From the NCBI GenBank assembly GCA_023255625.1, contig JAHFLF010000001.1, forward strand, positions 94,255 to 158,254: a stretch of DNA of 64,000 bases. The letters are read 5' to 3'. The notes below the pieces were generated by a model. It had not been told where the DNA came from and did no database searches. It worked only from the letters and a program-made list of their open reading frames with translations. Source of the DNA: Candidatus Harrisonbacteria bacterium. GTDB taxonomy: Bacteria; Patescibacteriota; Minisyncoccia; UBA6257; 1-14-0-10-44-23. A program made the position numbers and the translations under genes. Below, in pieces: positions 46,947 through 55,007 of the stretch. The first letter of the stretch is position 1; each line of letters opens with the position of its first letter.

Positions 46947-48056
46947 TCATTCATCTGAAGCTGGTTTCTCGAGCCGTTTGACATCAAGCTCCATACTTTC
47001 ACCGGTGATGCGGGTAACATCTTTATCAACCTTGCCAAGCTCCTTATAGGCGGCGTTGAAATGGTTAACTGTCGTGCCGAGGGAGTTGTGAACCTTACTC
47101 ATATACTCATCATAGGCCTTTAAGTGCTTGCCCAACTCATCAACCCGCTTGATTATATCCTTGGCGCCCTGCTCAATCTTAAACGCTTTGAATCCATAAA
47201 TTACTGAGGTCAGATATGCATAAAAAGTTGTCGGCGAAACAATAATGACATGCTTTTCGTGCATCGCGTAGTCAATCAAATTGCGAGTATTAACCTTGAC
47301 TGAACCAACCTCATTGACTAACAGGTCATAATAAATACCTTCAGCCGGAATAAACATAAAGGCAAACGGCAAAGTCCCCTCCTCCGGCCGGATATATTTT
47401 GCTGTTTCGTCAATTCTTTTCTTCAAATCATTTTTAAATTCTTTTTCTAACTCCTCGCGCTGATTGTCATCAATGGCATTGGTAACGCGGTTATAGTTAT
47501 CCAATGAAAATTTTGCATCAACGCAGATGATGCCCTCTTTGGTCGAGATGATAGCATCCACGGTTTCGCCATTTTTAAATGCATACTGAAGCGAGTACTG
47601 GCCAGGTGAGAGCATATTCGACAAAATCAGCTCCAAAGAAAGCTCGCCCAAATTTCCGCGCTGTTTCTGATGCTTTAAAGTTTTTTCCAGATTCGCCAGT
47701 TGTTCTGCGATAGTCACAAACTGCTTGGTCTGTTCATTCGTTTTCGTTTGCTCGCGTGTGACATCAACCAAAGACTTATTCATCTGTTCGCTAATCTCGC
47801 GCAAAAGCTGCTGACTTTGGCTAAACTGATGCCGGACACTCTCGGTCATCTCTTTACGGCTCTCGCCAAGTTTAGAGTCCACCGACTGGGTAAGTTGCTG
47901 AAGCTGCTGCTGAAGCAACACCATGCCCTGGCCATCTTCTTTGGGCATGGCCGCGCGACGCAAATACCACCAGATGAAGGTAAAACCCAAGAGCAAAACA
48001 ATCAGCAAAATTACAAAGTAAAGAAGTGTCATATGGCCAGTATAACCAATATTCAA
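46947..48056 (-). CDS. rmuC: DNA recombination protein RmuC
   Basis: N-terminal TM, long coiled-coil, conserved RmuC C-terminal domain (...FMFIPAEGIYYDLL...HVIIVSPTTFYAYL...). Confidence 0.75.
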   Translation of the reverse strand: MNIGYTGHMTLLYFVILLIVLLLGFTFIWWYLRRAAMPKEDGQGMVLLQQQLQQLTQSVDSKLGESRKEMTESVRHQFSQSQQLLREISEQMNKSLVDVTREQTKTNEQTKQFVTIAEQLANLEKTLKHQKQRGNLGELSLELILSNMLSPGQYSLQYAFKNGETVDAIISTKEGIICVDAKFSLDNYNRVTNAIDDNQREELEKEFKNDLKKRIDETAKYIRPEEGTLPFAFMFIPAEGIYYDLLVNEVGSVKVNTRNLIDYAMHEKHVIIVSPTTFYAYLTSVIYGFKAFKIEQGAKDIIKRVDELGKHLKAYDEYMSKVHNSLGTTVNHFNAAYKELGKVDKDVTRITGESMELDVKRLEKPASDE

Positions 48057-48626
48057 TTAATGGGCGAGATAGACAATCGTCGCAATACTGGCCGTGTTGA
48101 AAAAAAATGAGACGAGCATAATGTAGCGGTTTGGCAGATGAGTTAAACCCATTATAGCAATACCCAGTTCATCGGGCAGAGGCGAGGCAACTATTATGCC
48201 GCCGAGTAGTATCGTAACAATGCGCACCAGCCGCCGATGCATAAACTTTGCAAATGCTCCATGAGTCTTTCTGGCAAAATAAGCGAGCGCTTCATCTATA
48301 ATACCAATTCGTAGCGCGGCTAAAAGACCGGTATCACCAATCGCTGCCCCGACCCCGCCGAGCATTGCTACAAGAAATCCGGGCGCGCCGGCTCCGGCTA
48401 GCGAAATAAAAATCGCAACTGCAATTGGTGTCGTCGAAAATGTCGTATAAAGTAACCCGCCCAGAAACGCCAGCCCTAGCCACCATGAACCGCCGCGCAA
48501 AACCCAATTTTCGATAACGCCGGAGCCAACTATCAAATAAGCAATAAAAACCATGCCGGCGAAAATACCGACAAATCCCAGATGGCGAAGCGTAAAAATT
48601 CGAAACTTATAGTCGTGCGGCTTCAT
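48057..48626 (-). CDS. hypothetical polytopic membrane protein (189 aa)
   Basis: Five or more hydrophobic helices. Confidence 0.4.
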   Translation of the reverse strand: MKPHDYKFRIFTLRHLGFVGIFAGMVFIAYLIVGSGVIENWVLRGGSWWLGLAFLGGLLYTTFSTTPIAVAIFISLAGAGAPGFLVAMLGGVGAAIGDTGLLAALRIGIIDEALAYFARKTHGAFAKFMHRRLVRIVTILLGGIIVASPLPDELGIAIMGLTHLPNRYIMLVSFFFNTASIATIVYLAH

Positions 48627-48629
48627 AAC

Positions 48630-50195
48630 CTACTGCAAAAAAGGTAGCAAACTCTGTCCGGTCATCTCTGATGGTTTTAAAATTTTTAGAAGCTCCAGCA
48701 CAGTCGGAGCAACATCCGATAGAATGCCGATTGCGCCCGGAGTCGAGCTGGCCGGCTTCGGCTCTGCCCGCTTAAATTCCGGACCAAGCACATAAACCGG
48801 TACCGGGCTTAAATCGTGTGTCGTCTCCACGCTGCCGGTCATCGCGTCAATCATCACCTCGGCATTACCGTGATCCGCAGTAACCACAAGGTAGCTGCCG
48901 GTTTCTTCGCAGCCCTTTACAATCCGACCAAGTTGCTCGTCGACGGTCTGAACTGCTATAACCGCTGCAGCAAAATTACCAGTATGTGCCACCATGTCTG
49001 CATTGGCAAAATTCAAAATAATTACATCAAATTCCCGCTTCTGCATGGCCTGAACAACTCGGTCGGCAATCGCAAAAGCCATCATTTGCGGCTCCTTATC
49101 ATGACTCTCAACATTGCGGGATGGAATCAGCATTTTTGACTGGCCCGGAAACGGCTCATCGCGATAACCGTTGAAAAAATAAGTAACATGGGCATATTTT
49201 TCGGTCTCCGCGATTAAAAGCTGCGTCAATCCGCTTTCAGAAATCACCTTGCCAAGCGGTTTGGTTATCTCCTCCGGCGGAAAGGCAACCGGAACTTTAA
49301 AATGTTTAGTATACTCGGTCATCGTTGCAATATACAAATTCTGAAATTGCTTAACCGGAAATTTATCAAACTCTTTTTCGATAAAACTGCCGGCCAGCTG
49401 CCGGATGCTGTCCTCACGAAAATCAATAAAAATTAAAGCGTCGTTGTCTCGGACTGGCCGGCCGGCACCGGCCACGCTAATCGGCGGCAAATACTCATCA
49501 CTCTGGTCTGGACTGGCATCATATAGATGGTTAACTAACTCCTCTACTGGGCGCGGTTCGGGTGCGAGCGTGCCGGTGATCGCATCATAGGCGCGCTGCG
49601 TCCGATCAAAGTGACTGTCGCGATCCAAAGCAAAATGCCGGCCGCAAAGACTGGCCAGCGCACCCACTCCGGCCTGTTCTGTAACCTGCCGTAATTTAGT
49701 TAGAAGCTGAAGAACGGAATGAGGACGGCTATCTTTGCCGTCCGCAAATAGATGCAAATTCACTTTTTTCACTCCGTTATCCGCCGCCGCCTGAATCAGC
49801 GCCGCCAGATGATCAAATGCTGCATGGATAGCCCCCTCGGTTAAAAGTCCGGCGATATTTAACGCTGAATCATTTGTTTTAACATGGGTAAATGCGTCTT
49901 GAAAAACCGGATTTTTTGCAAACTCTCCGCGTTCGATAGCCAAAGTGATACGCGGATAGTGCTGATATAAAACTTTGCCCGCACCGATAGTTAAGTGCCC
50001 CACCTCGCTGTTACCCACCTCGTTCCAAGGTAAACCAACTGCAATTCCCGAGGCCTGCAAGGCGCCACCCAGATAATGCTGCGCCAGATACGGAATGGTT
50101 TTCAAATCGGCCTTGGCGATTGGATTTGTAAAATCCGGCCGGCCTATCCCCCAACCGTCCAAAATTGCCAAAACAAGCATTGGTTTTTTGTCCAT
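48630..50195 (-). CDS. gpmI: 2,3-bisphosphoglycerate-independent phosphoglycerate mutase
   Basis: LAILDGWGIG...NSEVGHLTIGAG... and C-terminal ...ADHGNAE... iPGM metal-site motifs. Confidence 0.9.
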   Translation of the reverse strand: MDKKPMLVLAILDGWGIGRPDFTNPIAKADLKTIPYLAQHYLGGALQASGIAVGLPWNEVGNSEVGHLTIGAGKVLYQHYPRITLAIERGEFAKNPVFQDAFTHVKTNDSALNIAGLLTEGAIHAAFDHLAALIQAAADNGVKKVNLHLFADGKDSRPHSVLQLLTKLRQVTEQAGVGALASLCGRHFALDRDSHFDRTQRAYDAITGTLAPEPRPVEELVNHLYDASPDQSDEYLPPISVAGAGRPVRDNDALIFIDFREDSIRQLAGSFIEKEFDKFPVKQFQNLYIATMTEYTKHFKVPVAFPPEEITKPLGKVISESGLTQLLIAETEKYAHVTYFFNGYRDEPFPGQSKMLIPSRNVESHDKEPQMMAFAIADRVVQAMQKREFDVIILNFANADMVAHTGNFAAAVIAVQTVDEQLGRIVKGCEETGSYLVVTADHGNAEVMIDAMTGSVETTHDLSPVPVYVLGPEFKRAEPKPASSTPGAIGILSDVAPTVLELLKILKPSEMTGQSLLPFLQ

Positions 50196-50204
50196 TTTAG
50201 AAGT

Positions 50205-50460
50205 ATAACATGGGGATAGGGATTAGAGGTTGCTAGATGCTGCTAGAGGTTGATAGGTAAACTTAGAGGAAACTAGCTTGGCGCGGCCCGAGTACGGGCC
50301 GCGGCGGTTTCGTTCTAACCCGAACCCCTTGCTAGCATCCTCTAGCAGCATCTAGCACCCTCTAGCAGCCTCTAGCAGCCTCTAGCAGCCTCTAGCAGCC
50401 TCTAGCAGCCTCTAGCAGCCTCTAGCAGCATCTAGCAGCATCTAGCCCCGTTGACTTTAT
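50205..50460. repeat. Tandem array: ~13 direct copies of 10-bp unit CTCTAGCAGC (50338-50455), mirrored by 3-4 inverted copies (50212-50245) across a GC hairpin (50281-50306)
   Basis: ...ctctagcagcatctagcaccctctagcagcctctagcagcctctagcagc...; upstream gctagatgctgctagaggttg; centre gcggcccgagtacgggccgc. In the divergent region between gpmI and the 50525 gene. Confidence 0.8.
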
Positions 50461-50524
50461 AGGCGAAAAAGAATAATTTAACGCTTGAGAGGCGTACTCT
50501 CAAGGGAATGGAAAGGAGCCACCA

Positions 50525-51163
50525 GTGCTGGGATTCATCTGGGTCGTACTCATCGTTATCTGTTTCGCGGCGGCCATTTATCTCGGCGAATGCACCAGGT
50601 ATGACAGGAAACATGGCGTAGGTGACGGGATCATCAACGAGAGACTGTCCTTCTTCTTTGGGATCCTCTGTTTCCTGATGTGCTTCGCACCACTTCTGTT
50701 CGAGTTCGTGCCCTTCTCGGGAAAGGGCAGCTATGTCGTCGCGGTCAGAAACGACGGCAGCTACACCAAGTACCCGTACGGCTGCTGGGAGTGGACGGAT
50801 GGAGAGCTCTACACAGTGTGGAGTCCTCTACCTGAATCCAGAGAGATCCTGCTAAATCCGGACGATCCGGGCACCAAGCTCCCATACTCCGTCACTCTGA
50901 AGATATCGGATCCGGGCATCTACTTCAACCAGAAGGAAATGGATTGGAAGAAGAAGCAAGCGCTTTTCCACTTCTTCCTGGTCCAGCTCGAGCAGCCGGG
51001 TTGGGAACATGACTTCCGGGAGTTCACCGATCCGGCCAACCAGGAGCAGCAGCGCCGCTTCGTGGAACTCGTCCTGCCCTGGCTCAACCAGCGTCTGGCC
51101 AAGTACGGCCTGGGCGCTACGGACGCCTCGTTCGCGGCTCGAACAACGCCGCCAAAGGACTAG
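50525..51163 (+). CDS. hypothetical membrane protein, high-GC (212 aa)
   Basis: GGAAAGGAG then GTG start. Two TM helices. GC3-biased codons. Confidence 0.5.
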   Translation: MLGFIWVVLIVICFAAAIYLGECTRYDRKHGVGDGIINERLSFFFGILCFLMCFAPLLFEFVPFSGKGSYVVAVRNDGSYTKYPYGCWEWTDGELYTVWSPLPESREILLNPDDPGTKLPYSVTLKISDPGIYFNQKEMDWKKKQALFHFFLVQLEQPGWEHDFREFTDPANQEQQRRFVELVLPWLNQRLAKYGLGATDASFAARTTPPKD

Positions 51164-51267
51164 CGATCTAGTCCTTGCTGCCGCGGGTTGGCGAAAGCCA
51201 ACCCGCGGCACATCTTTTTTATACTAAAAATTAACCAGCCGTCACCGCTCAATACAGCTCTATTTAG

Positions 51268-51370
51268 CGGAACAGCCGGGATTTTTATTCCTGGGGACTC
51301 TCACAGGCCGACGGGCCGAGAGCGAGGGTGAATTTTCTCCAGAAAATTACACCTGTGCCCCAGGAATAAA
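51268..51370. repeat. Hairpin-core element copy 3 (inside a ~20-bp palindrome)
   Basis: ccgggatttttattcctggggac [tctcacaggccgacgggccgagagcgagggtgaattttctccagaaaattacacct] gtgccccaggaataaaaatcccgg. Confidence 0.7.
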
Positions 51371-51527
51371 AATCCCGGGCACTCCGTTAACCTATTGACC
51401 TATAACGGCTCTCTACCGTATACTTCTAGTGAGACTTTTCTCACTTTACTATCTAATGTATTTCTGTTCCCTAAAAATTTCATGATCGAGATCGTGGTTG
51501 TGAAGAACATACGGGACATCTACTCAT

Positions 51528-53066
51528 ATGGAATTTCTGACCAACCCCTTTGTCTGGGTATTTTTAGTCTTATTTTTAGTCTTCGGTATCGCGGCCGGTT
51601 ACTACTTCCGCCACTCGCGCGGAGCTAAGAACGCCGGATCAGTCGAGCAGCAAACACAAGCCAAACTCGCCGAAGCGCAAAAGCAGGCCGAGCATTTTGT
51701 CGCTGACGCAAAATTAAAAGCCGCCGAGCAAATCAGCGAGGGGCAAAAACAAGAACGCGAACGGAAACAAAAATTAGACCAGCTTGAAGAGCGACTTTTA
51801 AAACGCGAAGAGTCTTTGCAGGCGCAACTGCTAAATCTGACTACCAGAGAGACGAAGTTCAACGAAGAAATTAAAAAGGTAGAACAGGTCAAAGAGCAGG
51901 CCGAGCTCGCCTACGCTAAGGCAACTGCTCACCTCGAGCAGATTACCGGCATGAAGCAGGAGGATGCCAAGGCCATGATCATTAAGGATGTTACCGAGAA
52001 GTACAAGGGCGATCTGGTTACCAGTATCCAAAAAGTTGAACACGAGCGACGCGACGAGATTGAAAAGAAGGCCTCGGAGATTATTACCACCGCGCTGATG
52101 CGTTATGCACGCAGCCAAGTCGCCGATGTTACTACCAGTGTCTTCCATCTGCCGAGCGAGGACATCAAGGGTAAAATTATCGGCCGTGAAGGGCGCAATA
52201 TTAAAGCACTGGAGCGAGCAACCGGAGTGGAAATTGTCATTGACGAAGCGCCGGAATCAATCATCCTCTCTTCTTTTGATCCGCTGCGCCGTGAAATCGC
52301 CCGCATGACGCTCGAGCGGATGATTAAAGACGGCCGCATCCAGCCGGCGCGCATCGAAGAAACTGTCGAACAATGTAAAACTGAACTCATCCGCCGCATG
52401 CAGGAAATTGGTGAACAGGCCACGCTCGAGGTCGGCATCGCCGGCTTTCCGAAAGAAATTCTGCAGCTGCTCGGCCGGCTACACTTCCGCACTAGCTACG
52501 GACAAAATGTGCTGATGCACTCTTTGGAGATGGCGCACATCGCCGGTATGATTGCCCGCGAACTCGGCTGCAATGTTGATATTGCCAAAAAAGGTGCGCT
52601 CGTCCACGACATCGGCAAGGCCATCAGTCATGAAGTCGAGGGTACGCATGTGGAACTTGGCCGGAAAATTCTGGCGAAATACGGCGTGGAGCAAGCGGTA
52701 ATCACCGCAATGGAAAGCCACCACGAGGACTACCCGTTTACCAGCCCGGAGGCCTACATTGTTACGGCGGCCGATATTCTTTCTGCAGCCCGCCCTGGCG
52801 CTCGCCGAGATACCGTCGAACAGTACATAAAACGGCTGAAAGACCTGGAGGAGATCACCAGCAAGTTTGCGGGCGTGAAACAGGCCTACGCTCTTTCTGC
52901 CGGCCGTGAGGTGCGCGTCTTTGTTGTACCGGAAAAAATTGACGACTTTGCCGCACTGCAAATGGCCCGCGATATTGCCAGCCGTATCCAAACCGAGATG
53001 AAGTATCCGGGTGAGATTAAAGTAAATGTTATCCGCGAGACCCGGGCGGTGGAATACGCGCGATAG
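51528..53066 (+). CDS. rny: Ribonuclease Y
   Basis: N-terminal TM, coiled-coil, KH domain (...KGKIIGREGRNIKALE...), HD domain (...HSLEMAHIAGMIA...HDIGK...). Confidence 0.92.
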   Translation: MEFLTNPFVWVFLVLFLVFGIAAGYYFRHSRGAKNAGSVEQQTQAKLAEAQKQAEHFVADAKLKAAEQISEGQKQERERKQKLDQLEERLLKREESLQAQLLNLTTRETKFNEEIKKVEQVKEQAELAYAKATAHLEQITGMKQEDAKAMIIKDVTEKYKGDLVTSIQKVEHERRDEIEKKASEIITTALMRYARSQVADVTTSVFHLPSEDIKGKIIGREGRNIKALERATGVEIVIDEAPESIILSSFDPLRREIARMTLERMIKDGRIQPARIEETVEQCKTELIRRMQEIGEQATLEVGIAGFPKEILQLLGRLHFRTSYGQNVLMHSLEMAHIAGMIARELGCNVDIAKKGALVHDIGKAISHEVEGTHVELGRKILAKYGVEQAVITAMESHHEDYPFTSPEAYIVTAADILSAARPGARRDTVEQYIKRLKDLEEITSKFAGVKQAYALSAGREVRVFVVPEKIDDFAALQMARDIASRIQTEMKYPGEIKVNVIRETRAVEYAR

Positions 53067-53067
53067 G

Positions 53068-53165
53068 AATTTAGTTAGTTGGTTAATTAGTTAGCTGGTT
53101 AGTTGGTAGAAACGAAATTCCAGTCTCGCTAACTAACAAACTAACTAGCTAACCAACTAACCAAT
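53068..53165. repeat. TTAGTTAG-type inverted-repeat hairpin downstream of rny
   Basis: tagttagttggttaattagttagctggttagttgg ... cgctaactaacaaactaactagctaaccaactaacc. Confidence 0.55.
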
Positions 53166-53261
53166 GGCCCCTGTGGATAACCCGCGCTATTGCTTGTCTA
53201 ACGCAAGCTCGTGTATAATTGCGGCATTAATAAAGTAGTCGAAAAAAATTATATATAAATT

Positions 53262-53537
53262 ATGAAAAAAGATGATCTGGTTGAGGCATTGTACAAAGGC
53301 GCGCAGCTCCCGACCAAGAAACAAGCCGGTGAGATTGTCGAATGGTTCTTTGACACCATTACCGACACCCTGAAAAAAGGCGAAGAGGTCGGCATTACCG
53401 GCTTTGGCACCTTTAAAGTCATGAAGCGAGCCGCTCGGGTCGGCCGAAACCCGAAGACTGGTGAGAAAATACAGATTAAGGCCTCTAACTCGCCTAAATT
53501 CAAAGCCGGCTCGCTCCTCCGGGCTGCGGTAAAATAG
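53262..53537 (+). CDS. hup: DNA-binding protein HU
   Basis: ...ITGFGTFKVMKRAARVGRNPKTGEKIQI... HU/IHF arm. Confidence 0.92.
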   Translation: MKKDDLVEALYKGAQLPTKKQAGEIVEWFFDTITDTLKKGEEVGITGFGTFKVMKRAARVGRNPKTGEKIQIKASNSPKFKAGSLLRAAVK

Positions 53538-53542
53538 TTTTC

Positions 53543-53557
53543 TGTGGTATACTAAAT
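53543..53557 (+). promoter_or_regulatory. promoter-like tgtggtatactaaat motif
   Basis: 15-mer identical to 43746-43760. Confidence 0.3.
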
Positions 53558-53628
53558 ATCAGTCAGGGGCCCGTTCTGTGAGGGAACGGGTTTTTGATTT
53601 CCAGACAGATTTGATATACAATTTCTAT

Positions 53629-53829
53629 ATGGCCATTACAACCGCAACTAAAAAGTTTTTCAAAGTTACTCTGATTGTGATCGTCGTGTTCGGCATGCTC
53701 GCAATCTACCTGGCCCCGCTTTTTAGCGGCGGCGTACAGCAGCGAGTACAGCAGCAGCCGGTCGACTTCACCGGCCCCACCGGTGCGCCCTTCGTAAATG
53801 GCCCGTCGGCTCCCCCGCCGGGAAAATAG
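53629..53829 (+). CDS. small membrane protein, hypothetical (66 aa from MAITTATKKFF)
   Basis: One TM helix, Gln/Pro-rich tail. Confidence 0.35.
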   Translation: MAITTATKKFFKVTLIVIVVFGMLAIYLAPLFSGGVQQRVQQQPVDFTGPTGAPFVNGPSAPPPGK

Positions 53830-53918
53830 TCAGTTAGTTAGTTGACGGTTAGTCGGTTAGTTAGTAAGCACCGGCAAACCTTGCAGTTGAGGATATATCT
53901 GGTAGAATAATCTGCATT

Positions 53919-53989
53919 GCGGAGTTCGTATAGTGGTAATACACCTCGTTGCCAACGAGGAGCGACGGGTTCGATTCCCGTACTTCGCT
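53919..53989 (+). tRNA. tRNA-Gly (anticodon GCC)
   Basis: GCGGAGT TC GTAT AGTGGTA ATAC A CCTCG TTGCCAA CGAGG AGCG ACGGG TTCGATT CCCGT ACTTCGC T. Confidence 0.8.
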
Positions 53990-54082
53990 CACTTCTTCGC
54001 CCTTGGTAGGGCTACGAAGTGCAAGCACTTCAGAAAAATAGTGTTTGTACTTCAAATAATATAACTACAACAGCGAAGAGAA

Positions 54083-54328
54083 GTGTCCTTCGAAGCTTTA
54101 TGCGAAGAAGGACGAATGGTAAACCCTCTTTTGCTTATTGGTTCTACTCCTGATATCAAAACAAGATTAGCGTCACACAACTCCGGAGCCAACAAGCATA
54201 CGAGTAAATTCAGGCCGTGGAAAATTGTATGGGTATGCGGATTTTTGAGCAAAGAAAAAGCATTTTCATTTGAGATGTATCTAAAAACCGCATCGGGAAT
54301 AGCATTCCGTAGAAAACGCCTTCTTTAA
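54083..54328 (+). CDS. GIY-YIG nuclease family protein (UPF0213-like, 81 aa)
   Basis: ...LLLIGSTPDIKTRLASHNSGANKHTSKFRPWKIVWV...FEMYLKTASGIAFRRKRL. Second GIY-YIG in the window, ~90 nt after tRNA-Gly. Confidence 0.55.
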   Translation: MSFEALCEEGRMVNPLLLIGSTPDIKTRLASHNSGANKHTSKFRPWKIVWVCGFLSKEKAFSFEMYLKTASGIAFRRKRLL

Positions 54329-54414
54329 AAAACACAGTCCCCAACACGACCATGTCGCGTCAGGGACTAGGCTGGGGCGGCTGGGGCGCCCCGAGGATCG
54401 AGAGCTGCTAGCTG

Positions 54415-54897
54415 CTAGGGCAAAGTCATCAATGCTTTCCCCAGAATCGCGAGCTTCACGCACTCCGGCAGGACGAAGACATTGTGGTTCTGGCCGATCG
54501 CGTCGACAGTCCCCAGAGTGGCTCTGCGCCAACGCGGGTCCCACTCCTTCAGACCGCGCTTCTTCCGACACAGCTCGGCGGCCCTCCTGGTTCGGAAGAG
54601 CGCCACGATGTCGGTAGTGCGCCCCCGAAGCATGGAACTGTTCATCTGCCAGAACTGACGACCGTACTTCGTCTGCGGGTAGAAGAGAACCAGACCGCCG
54701 ATCTGTCCACCTCCGCCGATCCCGACCATCGAACCACCCACAAATTGGTGGCCGACCTTCATACTGGCCTTGGCCCTTCCGGCAACCTTCTTCACGGTTG
54801 GGTCGCCAAATTCATTGATGGCGTCGGACATCAGGTAGACCGACCCGGAGCATGTCACTGCGAACAGACGCTTTAGCTGCTGCTTTGGGCTCTTCAT
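54415..54897 (-). CDS. hypothetical protein, high-GC (160 aa)
   Basis: GC-rich island with GC3-biased codons. No motif. Confidence 0.4.
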   Translation of the reverse strand: MKSPKQQLKRLFAVTCSGSVYLMSDAINEFGDPTVKKVAGRAKASMKVGHQFVGGSMVGIGGGGQIGGLVLFYPQTKYGRQFWQMNSSMLRGRTTDIVALFRTRRAAELCRKKRGLKEWDPRWRRATLGTVDAIGQNHNVFVLPECVKLAILGKALMTLP

Positions 54898-55007
54898 GGA
54901 GCACCTCCTATAACTACTTATTTACATCAAAAAAATAATCTTGTCAATTTCTGACACTAACGACCAAAGCAAGAATTCTCTTTATATATATTTTTGCTAT
55001 ACTGAAT

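Noticed and set aside
50338-50455. Possible CRISPR array
   Set aside because: Unit is only 10 bp with no unique spacers. It is a simple tandem repeat or iteron-like array. No CRISPR array was seen anywhere in the window, despite a Cas2-like-domain gene at 44431.
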